Of a stretch of 64,000 nt of DNA, positions 27,795 to 38,400 are shown in pieces. The first letter of the stretch is position 1; every line of letters begins with the position of its first letter. The position numbers were made by a program, and so were the translations under genes. The DNA comes from an uncultured Solirubrobacteraceae bacterium. Lineage in GTDB: Bacteria > Actinomycetota > Thermoleophilia > Solirubrobacterales > Solirubrobacteraceae. The notes below the pieces were generated by a model. That model was not told the origin of the DNA, did not search any database, and saw only the letters and a list, made by a program, of their open reading frames with translations. The stretch covers positions 1-64,000 of the forward strand of contig CAZPQW010000006.1 of NCBI GenBank assembly GCA_964588985.1. The letters run 5' to 3'.

Positions 27795-28847
27795 ATGACG
27801 GCAGTGCGCATCTTCTCCGGCATCCAACCGACGGGCCGCAAGCACCTCGGCAACTACATCGGCGCGATCGCGCAGTACATCTCGAGCCAGGAGCGCGGCG
27901 AGGGGATCTTCTGCATCGTGGACCTGCACGCGATCACGGTCTCCTACGACCCGACGGAGCTACGCGAGCGCCTGTACGACACGACGGCGATCCTGCTCGC
28001 GGCGGGATTGGACCCCGGACGCTGCATCCTGTTCCGCCAGAGCGACGTGCACGAGCACACGGAGCTGACGTGGCTGTTGTGCAGCGTGACCGAGCTGGGG
28101 CGGCTGCAGCGGATGCACCAGTTCCGCGACAAGTCGATCGCCCAGCGCGAGCTGGTCTCGGCGGGCCTGCTGCTGTACCCGGTGCTGCAGGCGGCGGACG
28201 TGCTGGCCTACCGCGCACACGAGGTGCCGGTGGGGGAGGACCAGCGTGAGCATTTGGAGCTGATGCGCGACGTGGCGCGGCGCTTCAACAGCCGCTTCGG
28301 CGGCGAGGAGGAGGTGCTGGTCGTGCCCGAGCACCGCATCCCGGCGGTGGGCGCGCGGATCATGGACCTGCAGGACCCGACGAGCAAGATGTCGACCAGC
28401 GCCGGCAGCGAGCAGGGCCGGGTCTACGTCCTGGACGAGCCGAGGGCGATCGAAAAGAAGATCGCGAGCGCGGTGACGGACTCGGGCAGCGAGGTGCGCC
28501 GCGGGGCGGAGAAGCCGGGGATAAGCAATTTGATCGAGATCCTGGCCGCCGTGCGCGGCGTCGATCCCAAGGCGGTGGAGAACGACTTCGCGGAGTCGAG
28601 ATATGGCGACTTCAAGAAGGCCGTGGCAGCCGAGGTGGTGGCGTATCTGGCGCCGGTGCGCGAGCGCTACACGGATCTGCGCGAGGACGAGGCGGCGCTG
28701 GAGGCGATTCTCGCCCGCGGCGCCGAGCAGGCGCGCGAGATCGCCGCCCAGACGCTCGTGGACGTGCGCGAGCGCATGGGCGTGGGCGCCCCGTCGGGGG
28801 CCGGCGCGAGCGTTTCGTCGGGGGCGGCCGATACGGTGCGCGGATGA
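27795..28847 (+). CDS. trpS: Tryptophan-tRNA ligase
   Basis: FSGIQPTG, HLGNYIGA, YPVLQAAD, VPVGEDQ, KMST. Confidence 0.95.
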   Translation: MTAVRIFSGIQPTGRKHLGNYIGAIAQYISSQERGEGIFCIVDLHAITVSYDPTELRERLYDTTAILLAAGLDPGRCILFRQSDVHEHTELTWLLCSVTELGRLQRMHQFRDKSIAQRELVSAGLLLYPVLQAADVLAYRAHEVPVGEDQREHLELMRDVARRFNSRFGGEEEVLVVPEHRIPAVGARIMDLQDPTSKMSTSAGSEQGRVYVLDEPRAIEKKIASAVTDSGSEVRRGAEKPGISNLIEILAAVRGVDPKAVENDFAESRYGDFKKAVAAEVVAYLAPVRERYTDLREDEAALEAILARGAEQAREIAAQTLVDVRERMGVGAPSGAGASVSSGAADTVRG

Positions 28848-29620
28848 GTCTCGCGGCGCTCGAGCTGGATCTGGACGTGTTCAGCGGCCCGTTCGACCTG
28901 CTGCTGACGCTGGTGCTGCGCGAAGAGGTGGACCTGCTTGAGCTGCAGCTCGCGGAAGTGGTGCTCGCGTACCTGGACCACCTCGAACAGCGCGGCGAGC
29001 TGGACCTGGAGACGGCGACGGAGTTCATCGTGCTGATCGCGGCGCTGCTGGAGCTGAAGTCGCGGCTGATGCTGAGCGCCGAAGACGAGCAGCTGCTCGA
29101 CATCGAGCCCGAACAGGCCGCCGAGGAGCTGCTCGCGAGGATGCTCGACGCGCGTCGCTTCCGCTCCGCCTCGGCGCACCTCGCGGAGATGCTCGCGGCG
29201 GAGGACGGGGTGCGCTTCCGCGCGGCGCCGCTGCCGCCGAGCCTGCGCCGCACGATCGTCCCGCCGGCGGACGGCTCCCAGAACGCGGAGATGCTGGGCG
29301 CGGCGATCGGACGGCTGCTGACGATGCCGCCGGCGATCAGCCTGCGCCACATCGCGATCCCGCGCGTGACGGTCGCCGAGCGCCTCGCGCACCTGCGGGG
29401 GTTGTTGCGCCGTGGCGCGTTCAGCTTCGACGAGGCGGTGCGCGGGGCGGACCGGATGACCGTCGCGGTGACCCTGTTCGCGCTGCTGGAGCTTTACAAA
29501 CGCGGGGAAGCGGTGTGGGAGCAGCCGGAGAGCTTCGGTGAGATCGCGGTGCACGCGCTCGCCGCGGAGGAATCGAAGCCGCCGCTCGCACTGGCCGCTG
29601 TGGGAGTAGCTGCCGGGTGA
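28844..29620 (+). CDS. scpA: Segregation and condensation protein A
   Basis: FSGPFDLLL, LELKSRLML, FALLELYK. Confidence 0.92.
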   Translation: MSLAALELDLDVFSGPFDLLLTLVLREEVDLLELQLAEVVLAYLDHLEQRGELDLETATEFIVLIAALLELKSRLMLSAEDEQLLDIEPEQAAEELLARMLDARRFRSASAHLAEMLAAEDGVRFRAAPLPPSLRRTIVPPADGSQNAEMLGAAIGRLLTMPPAISLRHIAIPRVTVAERLAHLRGLLRRGAFSFDEAVRGADRMTVAVTLFALLELYKRGEAVWEQPESFGEIAVHALAAEESKPPLALAAVGVAAG

Positions 29621-30222
29621 GTGACCCGGTGGACGAGACACCCGCGGTCGCCCGCGCCGTCGAAGCCCTGCTGTTCCTCTCGGCCGACCCGCTGAGCGCG
29701 GCGGAGCTGGCGGACGCGACGCAGGTGGGGGAGGGTGCGATTCAGGCCGCGCTCGCGATGTTGGGGGAGCAGTATGCGCCGGGCGTGCGGGGGATCGTGC
29801 TGCGCGAGCTGGGGGGCGGTTGGACGTTCGCGAGCGACCCGTCGACGGAGGAGGCAGCGCGAAGGCTGTTCAGCCGCCCGCGTGTCTCGACGCTCACGCC
29901 GGCTCAGGCCGAGACGCTCGCGATCGTCGCCTACCTGCAGCCGATCTCGCGTCCGGAGATCACGCGGATTCGCGGGGTCAGTGCTGATTCTGCATCGGCG
30001 ACGCTGCTGGAGCGTGGGCTGGTCGAGGAGGCCGGCAACTCGCAGTTCGGCGCGATCCTCTACCGCACCACCACGCAGTTCCTCAAGCTGTTCGGGCTGC
30101 GCTCCCTGGAGGAGCTACCCGACATCGCCCGCTGGGATCCCACGCCGGAGGAACAGAGCGAGCTGCGCGAGCGGCTGCTACGGGCGGGCGAGGCCAGGGC
30201 CGGTGGAGGCCCGGAAGGCTGA
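29617..30222 (+). CDS. scpB: Segregation and condensation protein B
   Basis: EALLF, ETLAIVAYLQPISR..I..IRGV, FLKLFGL.SLEELP. Confidence 0.94.
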   Translation: MSDPVDETPAVARAVEALLFLSADPLSAAELADATQVGEGAIQAALAMLGEQYAPGVRGIVLRELGGGWTFASDPSTEEAARRLFSRPRVSTLTPAQAETLAIVAYLQPISRPEITRIRGVSADSASATLLERGLVEEAGNSQFGAILYRTTTQFLKLFGLRSLEELPDIARWDPTPEEQSELRERLLRAGEARAGGGPEG

Positions 30223-30391
30223 GTTCCCGTCCGTGGCTGAATTCGGGCCATCGGAAACAATTGGGGTGCATTCCTTGACTTCAGGGTTTTCTCCTGAGAT
30301 AGTGCACTTGCTCGCTCATCCGCACTTGGGATGAAATAGCGGCGGGCACTGGGTAAGAACGCGGCTCATTTTCTACAGTTCCGTTCCGAAA

Positions 30392-30961
30392 GTGCTAGGA
30401 GGCAATGTGGCAGGAGGACAGAGTCACTTACTTCGTCGTGCGCGCAAATACAGTGCGCTGGTTGGAGTGTTGATTGTGGCTGGGGTGGCTGGGTGTGGGG
30501 GCAATTCCTCTAACAGCACATCAGCCACTTCGGCAGCGGTTGCAACGACATCCAGTTCGACTGAAGCTACGCCGGCCCCGACTCATGCTTCGCTGTCTCC
30601 GATGGCCTCTGCCGCTGAGAAGATCTGTGGACGGCTCAATGCGAGGCTCGATGCGGAACCCAAAACGCTCAATGGGTTCGGAGCAGTGCCGGGTGCTCTC
30701 AGTCGCCGTGCTCGTGTCGAGAACGCTGCGCTGATCGAGCTCGCCACGCTTAAGCCGCCGGATGAAATCGCTAATGCCTGGGCGCAGATCCTCCGGTATC
30801 GACAGGCTCTCAAGCGAAATCTCTTGGATCTCGTCAAAAAAGCTCGCCGTAATGAGTTCAGCACGATGAACTCAGTGTATGCCGCAAATGTAAGCGTTGA
30901 ACGCAAATTGCTCGGGGTGAAGCTGGGAGCTAACTTTGAACCCTGCTTGCGGGTCGGCTGA
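30392..30961 (+). CDS. Predicted lipoprotein with S/T linker and helical domain (start may be GTG 30407)
   Basis: RRARK, hydrophobic stretch and VAGC lipobox; two Cys in the helical domain. Confidence 0.7.
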   Translation: MLGGNVAGGQSHLLRRARKYSALVGVLIVAGVAGCGGNSSNSTSATSAAVATTSSSTEATPAPTHASLSPMASAAEKICGRLNARLDAEPKTLNGFGAVPGALSRRARVENAALIELATLKPPDEIANAWAQILRYRQALKRNLLDLVKKARRNEFSTMNSVYAANVSVERKLLGVKLGANFEPCLRVG

Positions 30962-31092
30962 TGCTTTAGCGACGACGATGAGTGATCGCCAAGATGGCGT
31001 TTAGCTTGTGTCGTCGTCTTGATGTTGTCGTAGATTAAACGATCGACGATAAACTTTGTATAGCACCAATTCAAAAATATTACACAAAATCA

Positions 31093-31131
31093 CTTGACAT
31101 ACAGATATGGATATGTTGAACTTGACTTGCA
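31093..31131 (+). promoter_or_regulatory. Conserved upstream motif of A2
   Basis: CTTGAC-N12-ATATGTTGAACTT..TGCA, repeated at 40414-40453. Confidence 0.6.
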
Positions 31132-31261
31132 TTACCGGCTAGCCAGCATGGTCGAAAAAGATCGCCCTCTAGCTTGCCGGGTTCGACTCGGCGTTCTGGT
31201 ATCACTAGGTCGTTAGCAAGTGCTCTAGCGTCGAGTAAAACAGATCCAATAGGAGCAGACA

Positions 31262-31921
31262 ATGAAACGGATAAGAATCCTGGGGCTCACGGTGATCGCA
31301 GTATTTGCGACATCTGCCTTGGCGTCCTCGGTGGCTTCCGCCGCAGAATGGTTAGACAATGGAAAACCAATTACGAACCCAATATTAGTCTTATTGAAAG
31401 GAACCGGAGCGACTGGGCAGCTTGAACTCTCCGATTTAGCTGCTACCGGCGGCGCGACGGCCATCGTGTGTGAAAGCAAAGGCGACGGAACGATCGGGCC
31501 TGGAGCAAATGACACGATCAAAACAATAGCGGCACCAACCTGTAGCTTCGTAGCCGGGAAAAACGGATCTTGCGAAGCTAGCAAACCTGTTACTGCGACG
31601 CCGGTGAACCTGCCGTGGGCAACTCGACTCTTAACAGTTAATGGCGAGGTCCGGGACATGATCGAAAACTCGGGCCCCGGTGCTCCTGGCTGGCAAGTTG
31701 AATGCACAGTAGCGGGAATTTTCAAAGTGCAAGACAAATGTACTTCCGAAACAGGAGACCCGTTAATTGATAATAACCCTAGCGGCAACGATGTAATCGC
31801 ATTATTCGAAGCCTCCGAAACCGCTACCTGTAGTCTGGGCAATAGCACCTCAGGAATGGTAGTCGGTGCGGCCTTAGTCTTCTCTGACGTGCCCGGGTTA
31901 AAACTCTCGGTTGATCCGTAG
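31262..31921 (+). CDS. Small secreted beta-rich protein with 6 Cys (module subunit A2)
   Basis: AGGAG RBS; signal MKRIRILGLTVIAVFATSALASSVASA; close paralog of 40508..41149. Confidence 0.88.
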   Translation: MKRIRILGLTVIAVFATSALASSVASAAEWLDNGKPITNPILVLLKGTGATGQLELSDLAATGGATAIVCESKGDGTIGPGANDTIKTIAAPTCSFVAGKNGSCEASKPVTATPVNLPWATRLLTVNGEVRDMIENSGPGAPGWQVECTVAGIFKVQDKCTSETGDPLIDNNPSGNDVIALFEASETATCSLGNSTSGMVVGAALVFSDVPGLKLSVDP

Positions 31922-31951
31922 GCCAATAGACGTTTAGTTTGACGGCATGGT

Positions 31952-31979
31952 CGTGGGGCCGCTTGTTTGGGGCCCCACG
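31952..31979 (+). terminator. GC hairpin after A2
   Basis: CGTGGGGCC-N10-GGCCCCACG. Confidence 0.5.
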
Positions 31980-32210
31980 GCACGATGCACACTATCAGCA
32001 ATATCGAAAACTATGGCAATCGATATGCGCATATCCGGAAACGTGGCAATAAGGGTGTGATTGCACTCCTAAAAAAGAGTCGGAGACGCCTCTAGCATCT
32101 AGTTCTAGCGAAAGATATAAGTTATGAGATAGTGCCCTGCTAGCAGGCTGCCAGTAGGTGATGTTGTATCCACTGCCATGACTCGGGGAGATGATAAGTT
32201 GGAGGAGATT

Positions 32211-35200
32211 GTGCGATACGCAAAGCGTCCGACTCTGTGGTGTGTCGTGGCGTGTGTAGGTGCTTGTGTCGTGCTTGCGTTTGCGGCTGCTCCAGCATTT
32301 GCTGGCCGCAGCAAGCTCTCCCCGATTACCGAAGCCAACAGCAGGCCGTTCGGTGGACTGAGCTCGCTAGGGGTCGCAGGTGTCGCGGTCGATGACTCCG
32401 ATAATCTATGGATCGGGGAAACGGGAGGGCAGGTGATTGACGAGGTCAGTTCCTCCGGTGCCTTCGTTGGCGAAAGTACCGGCTCGTGGAGCGGCCTGTA
32501 CCCACAGACCGTTGCTTTCTCCGACGCCTCAAAACATCTTTATTTTACAGATTTCTTCAGCGGCGATATTTGGGGCTTGGAACCGAGCGGAGCTTATGCC
32601 GGCATCGATCTGACGGGTCCGTGGAGCGCGGGGTACCTCACTGTCGGGATCGCAGCTGATAACTCCAGCGGTCCGACCGGCGGAGATCTCTACCTCGCTG
32701 GCGAAGGCAGTTCGGTATATCGTATCGACGGTGCGGGTGGGGAAGTGCCCTTTTCCGCTAGCGAGCCATACATCGGCGGCAACCGGCTCACCGGCTTTGC
32801 GCCTGGCGAATCCTTCTACGCGCCGGTGGCTATCGCGGTCGCTTCTACCGGCGACTTCTATGTTGTTGATGCGGGTAGGGACGCAGTTTATGAGTTCAGT
32901 TCGTCCGGTGAATTCCTGCGGTCTTTCGCCGAAGCGGAAAATGGGCCCTTCGGCTCGGTCTCAGCTATCGCGGTCGACCCAACTAACGGTCATGTCCTCG
33001 TCGCAGACCAGGCTAACGGCTTTATAGACGAGTTTGACTCGACTGGAACCTATCTGGACAACCTCGAAGAAGTGAGCGGGCCCACGAGCCTTGCCGTTGA
33101 CTCCTCAGGCAAGCTATATGTCACAGAAAGCGCCGGAAATCAGATTGGAGTGTATGGGCCTTACAGTGCGCCGTTGCACCTACCCAAGATCGAAGGTCGC
33201 GCGGTCTCAAGCGTCGCCTCGACGTCCGCAACACTCAATGCAAGTGTCAAGCCAAAGGGTGGGGGTGAAGTCAGTGAATGTCGCTTTGAATACGGCAGTA
33301 GCGAAAGCTATGGCCAGAGTGTGCCGTGCGCTCCCGCCACATTTTCAAGCACGAGTGCCGTGTCAGCACAGTTGAGGGGGCTGCTGCCCGACAGGACGTA
33401 TCACTATCGTCTACGCGTCGTAGACACGTCGACCGGGTTTGCCGGATTGTCTGGGCTCGACCATGTCTTCGCAACAAACCCTGCCGCAGCTGGTTCGCCG
33501 ACTGCTGGTTGCTCCAATCCGGCCCGTACGGGTCCGTCTGTACGGCTTCCCGATTGCCGTGGCTATGAGCTTCTGACGCCGGCGGATAAGGGTGACGCTG
33601 AAGATATGTTCGGAGACACTGGCGAACAGTCGGTAAATGGTGGCAGTTATGAGGTTGGTTACCCGGATGAAAATCCGCTTGCGGAAGGTGGAAAGTTTTT
33701 TCTTAGCACGACTGCCGCTTTTGGTCCCGGCGCGACTGGCGGGCAGAATGGGTACGTGTTTTCACGTGATGCCGGTGGTTGGCAGCAGGATTCGCTTGCC
33801 GCTCCGATTCCGGGGGTTCAGAGCGTTGATGTTGAATCGCTCTTTAGTCCGAACTTTTCCCATGTCGCGAGCCTTCCGAAGCTCGGGTCGAATGCGAATG
33901 CGGGAGCAAAACAGTCTATGGGCCTTGTCGGCTTGCTCGGGGGCCCGTACGACACCATTTTTGAAGGCAACGAAGGGACTTTCACGGGTGCTTCGACAGA
34001 TTTCACGCGTGTCTTTTTCCAATCGGCAGATCATAGCTTCGCGGCTCCCGCGGGAGAACAGCTTGTGGGCAGTAAAGCTGTGTACGAATATTCTGGTGGG
34101 CGTTATACGCTTATCAACGTTGATGACGAAGGTAAGCTACTAAATGAATGTGGAGCTGTATCGCCAGCGGAAAACACGCAGATAGTCGGGGTCTACAGTC
34201 ATGCGGTGTCGGCGGACGGATCGCGCGTGTTCTTTTTGAGTCCCGACCCAACGGATCTTAGCTGCTTCCACGAAAGAGAAGAAGGGTTTACTGGTTCTCC
34301 TCCGCAGTTGTTTGTTCGTATGGGCCGGCGTACGGTTGAGATGTCGGCGCCAGTAGCAGGGGTGGTTGATCCAGCGGGACCGCAACCCGTGGCGTTTGCT
34401 GGTGCGGCTGCAGATGGTTCGCGTGTGTTCTTTATTACTCGCGAGGAGTTGACGGCCGACGATGCGGGTAATCATGCGCCTGAGTTGTATGAATACGATT
34501 TTGCAACGGAAGGATTGACGCGTATTTCACGCGGTGCTTCGAAGAGTGGCGTCGGTAATGTGAGTTGGGTTGTCCCAGCGGCGAGTGGGGCAGCGATCTA
34601 CTATACGACGGCTAATGGGCACCTGTATCGGTATGACACTCATACGGGGACTACGACGTACATCACGACGGTAAGCGGCGGCGACTGGAATGAAACGAAT
34701 GCGAGTGGCTATAAGACGCTAAATGTCCACCAGCCGTTGAATGTGCGTTCGTCGTGGGAGGCGACTCCGGATGGCCGGTTCTTGTTGTTTATTGCGAGGG
34801 AGAACGTGACGGGTTATGACTCCGCCGGACACAGTGAGGTTTATAGGTTTGACGCTGTGACGGGTGGCTTGTTGTGCATATCGTGTAATCCAGACGGGTC
34901 TGCGCCGTCTGCGGATGCGCAGTTTGATCGTACGACGCGCAATCGTGAGGTGCGGGGCATCTCGGACGACGGGGCTTTTGTATTTTTTGATACTCCTGAA
35001 TCCTTGGTGCCCGCTGATACGAATGGACGGTTGGATGTGTATGAGTGGCACGAAGGCGGCTTGTCGTTGATTAGTTCAGGTCAAGATGCAAGTAACTCAT
35101 ATTTCCTTGGTACTGATCCGTCGGGTGGTGATGTGTTTTTTGGTACTCATGCGCGCTTGGCTCCGCAGGATGTCGATGGCGCGGGAGATCTCTACGACGC

Positions 35201-35468
35201 GCGTATTAATGGTGGTTTTCCGGTGGTGCAGGGCGCGATGGGCTGTGAAGGCGATGGCTGCCGGAACCCTTCGCCAACGTCGTCTGGAGCGTCTGGTGAA
35301 GCAGGCCCGCTGTCGTTCTCGTTCACAGGCCCAGGGAATTGGGTTGCCCCAAAACCCCCTGCGGGGACTCAATGCAAAAAAGGCGTCAAGAAGCACGGTA
35401 AGTGCGTGAGAGTTCGGAAGAAGCGGGTGCGGGCTAGGAAAGCCGGCCACAACGGGAGGGCACGTTGA
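32211..35468 (+). CDS. Secreted NHL + FN3 + beta-propeller protein with Cys/Lys/Arg tail (B2; ORF open from 32178)
   Basis: GGAGG before GTG 32211; NHL repeats, GLLPDRTYHYR, LPDCRGYELLTP, VSADGSRVFF, tail CKKGVKKHGKCVR. Confidence 0.87.
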   Translation: MRYAKRPTLWCVVACVGACVVLAFAAAPAFAGRSKLSPITEANSRPFGGLSSLGVAGVAVDDSDNLWIGETGGQVIDEVSSSGAFVGESTGSWSGLYPQTVAFSDASKHLYFTDFFSGDIWGLEPSGAYAGIDLTGPWSAGYLTVGIAADNSSGPTGGDLYLAGEGSSVYRIDGAGGEVPFSASEPYIGGNRLTGFAPGESFYAPVAIAVASTGDFYVVDAGRDAVYEFSSSGEFLRSFAEAENGPFGSVSAIAVDPTNGHVLVADQANGFIDEFDSTGTYLDNLEEVSGPTSLAVDSSGKLYVTESAGNQIGVYGPYSAPLHLPKIEGRAVSSVASTSATLNASVKPKGGGEVSECRFEYGSSESYGQSVPCAPATFSSTSAVSAQLRGLLPDRTYHYRLRVVDTSTGFAGLSGLDHVFATNPAAAGSPTAGCSNPARTGPSVRLPDCRGYELLTPADKGDAEDMFGDTGEQSVNGGSYEVGYPDENPLAEGGKFFLSTTAAFGPGATGGQNGYVFSRDAGGWQQDSLAAPIPGVQSVDVESLFSPNFSHVASLPKLGSNANAGAKQSMGLVGLLGGPYDTIFEGNEGTFTGASTDFTRVFFQSADHSFAAPAGEQLVGSKAVYEYSGGRYTLINVDDEGKLLNECGAVSPAENTQIVGVYSHAVSADGSRVFFLSPDPTDLSCFHEREEGFTGSPPQLFVRMGRRTVEMSAPVAGVVDPAGPQPVAFAGAAADGSRVFFITREELTADDAGNHAPELYEYDFATEGLTRISRGASKSGVGNVSWVVPAASGAAIYYTTANGHLYRYDTHTGTTTYITTVSGGDWNETNASGYKTLNVHQPLNVRSSWEATPDGRFLLFIARENVTGYDSAGHSEVYRFDAVTGGLLCISCNPDGSAPSADAQFDRTTRNREVRGISDDGAFVFFDTPESLVPADTNGRLDVYEWHEGGLSLISSGQDASNSYFLGTDPSGGDVFFGTHARLAPQDVDGAGDLYDARINGGFPVVQGAMGCEGDGCRNPSPTSSGASGEAGPLSFSFTGPGNWVAPKPPAGTQCKKGVKKHGKCVRVRKKRVRARKAGHNGRAR

Positions 35469-38400
35469 TGAGGGTTCCTGCACGTTTGATGCTGGCTGTG
35501 GCCGTTGCGGTAGCTGGGTTTGGGGTGTTTTGTGTGCCAGGAGCACTTGCTGTGCAGGCTGGGGCGCAGTGGACAGTGACCGCAGTCTCCCTTCCGACGA
35601 ACTTCCCTCCGAATGCTTTGACGAGTGGCGCGAATGAGTATCGAGTGGTGGTCATCAATACGGGTGACACGCCAAGCAGCGGCACCGTGACGATCACGGA
35701 CGCGCTCCCGGCGGGTGTGTCTTTGGATCCGTTGGGTGCATCGGGAACGGAGCAGATCAGCGGTGCCCCGTTGAGCTGCTCGGGCCTTGAATGCACGTAC
35801 TCCGAACCTGTGCAGCCTGGTGATGCCTTGCAGGTCACGATCCCGGTTGATACGGGCGCGGCAGGTGTGGTTGAAAACCTAGTCACGGTGTCGGGTGGTG
35901 CGCCGGAAGTGTCTCAGACGACGCCGACTGTGATTGGGGTGCCAGCTCGATTTGGTGTTGCCCCTGGGTCGGCGCATACAACGCTTTCGAGCTTGCAGGC
36001 TGGTGCGCATGCGGATTTGACAAGCACGCTTGCGTTCAGCACGATCAACGACGAAGGGATCCTCGCTGGAGACCCTAAGGACACGACGTTCAACCTGCCC
36101 GCTGGGTTTGCCGGGGATGTGGTGGATGTGCCTGCGTGTGCAGTGTCGTATTTCGCGGCGCATAATGAATGCCCGATCGATACGCAGGTTGGTAGTGTGA
36201 CGCTATTTGTTGAAGCAGGGAACAACAGTGGTCGGATTAGTACCTCTCCGGTTTATAACCTTGCGGCGAGTCCGGGGGCGGTTGCAAAGCTAGGGTTCTT
36301 CGCGGGCCGGACCCTGGATATTCAGGGCAACGTGTTCGTGCGCCCTGGCGCGAACGGTCTTGAGCACCTGGAAACGACGTTCGAAAACATCGACGAGTCG
36401 CTCGCCGAGCTCGACAGCGTGGTTCTCACGATCTGGGGTGTCCCGAACGATCCGGCTCACAACGCTGTTCGAGGCTTGAACTGCCTAGCGGCGGGGAACT
36501 GCTTTCAGGTCAATGGTGGGATCCCGGACGGATTGTTGACTCCGTTTCTGACGAACCCCACGAGCTGCTCTGGGGCACCCCTGCATTCGGAATTCAAAGT
36601 CGACTCATGGCAGCATCCGAGCGAAGGCCCGCCTCCAACCCTGATGCAGTTCGGCACTCTCACGGGCTGCGAACAGCTAACGATGACGCCGAGCTTGATC
36701 GTCGAACCGTCCAACACATCCGCCTACTCCCCGACCGGGCTCAAGGTTGGCCTGGAAGTACCCCAGACCTTCGAAAACCCGTACGGCCTCGCGACCTCGC
36801 ACCTGAAGGACGCGGTCATCACGCTGCCCGAAGGGATGACTTTGAACCCATCGGCCGCTGCCGGCCTCGGCTCCTGTACCGAAGCGCAGGTCGAAGCAGA
36901 GACCGCCGCGTCGCTCCAGGACGAAGGCTGCCCGAACGCCTCGAAAATCGGCACCGTGCATGTCAAGAGCCCCGCGATCTCCGAGGAAGCGACCGGCTCC
37001 GTCTACGTAGCCACGCCATTCGCGAATCGCTTCGACTCGCTGCTCGCGCTGTACGTCGTGGCGAAGATCCCCGACCGCGGCATCGTCGTCCGCCTGGCGG
37101 GCAAGGTGGAACCGAACCCGCTGACAGGGCAGCTCACGACCACGTTCGACGAAAACCCACAGCTGCCGTTCAGCGACTTCACACTCAGTTTCAACCAGGG
37201 CGCCGGTGCGCCTCTGGTGACCCCCGCGACCTGCGGGGAATACACCACGAGCGGTGAAATGAGCCCGTGGTCGGAACCGAGCGCGTTCAGTCTGGTCTCC
37301 TCGGTCTTCTCGATCACGAGCGGCATCGGTGGGGCGCCCTGTCCGGCTGGTGCGGCGGCGTTTGCTCCGCAGCTCGTAGCAGGCACGCTCAACAACGTCG
37401 CCGGCTCCTACAGCCCGTTCGATCTCCACATCACGCGTGGCGATGGAGAACAGGAGATCACGGGCATCTCCGCGCAGCTGCCGCCGGGCCTGTCCGCGAA
37501 CCTGACGGGCGTCCCGTTCTGCCCCGAAGCGGACATTGCGCTTGCGCGGACCAAGACCGGTGCACAGGAGGAAGTCGAACCCTCGTGTCCGGCCGCGAGC
37601 CAGATCGGACACAGTCTCGCGGGCGCCGGCGTGGGATCGCAGCTGGTCTACGCGCCCGGCAAGCTCTACATGGCCGGGCCGTTCGAAGGCGCGCCGTTCT
37701 CGATCGTGTCGATCACCTCGGCGAAGGTCGGGCCGTATGACCTCGGCACGGTCGTCCTGCACCTGCCGCTGCAGATCAACCCCACGACAGCGATCGTGAC
37801 GGTCGGCGCCGGCAGCGCCGACCAGATACCGCACATAATCAAAGGAATCGTCATCCATCTGCGAGACATCCGCGTCTACGTGGATCGATCGAACTTCACG
37901 CTCAACCCAACCAGCTGCAACCCGATGAGCTTGACGGCCAGCGTCATCGGTTCGGGCCAGAGCTTCACCAGCTCAGCCGACGACGGAGCCGTGAGCGTGA
38001 GCAACCACTACCAGGCATCTGACTGCGCGAACCTGGCGTTCAAACCGAGCTTCAAGCTCTCCATCCCGGCAAGGGCCTCGAAAGTCGCCGGCATGGGGCT
38101 CACGACGAAGCTCACCTTCCCGGCCGGCACGCAGGGCACACAGGCGAACGTGAGGTACGTCAAAGTGGTCCTGCCGCGGGCGTTGCCTTCGCGCTTCTCT
38201 ACTTTGCAGAAAGCGTGCCTTGCCGGCGTCTTCGACGCCAATCCGGCAGCATGCCCGGCCGGCTCTGTCGTCGGCCACGCTCGTGCCGTCACGCCGATCC
38301 TGCCCGTTCCATTGACGGGACCGGCGTATTTCGTCTCACATGGTGGAGCGAAGTTCCCCGAACTCGTCCTCGTGCTCCAGGGCTACGGCGTCACGATCGA

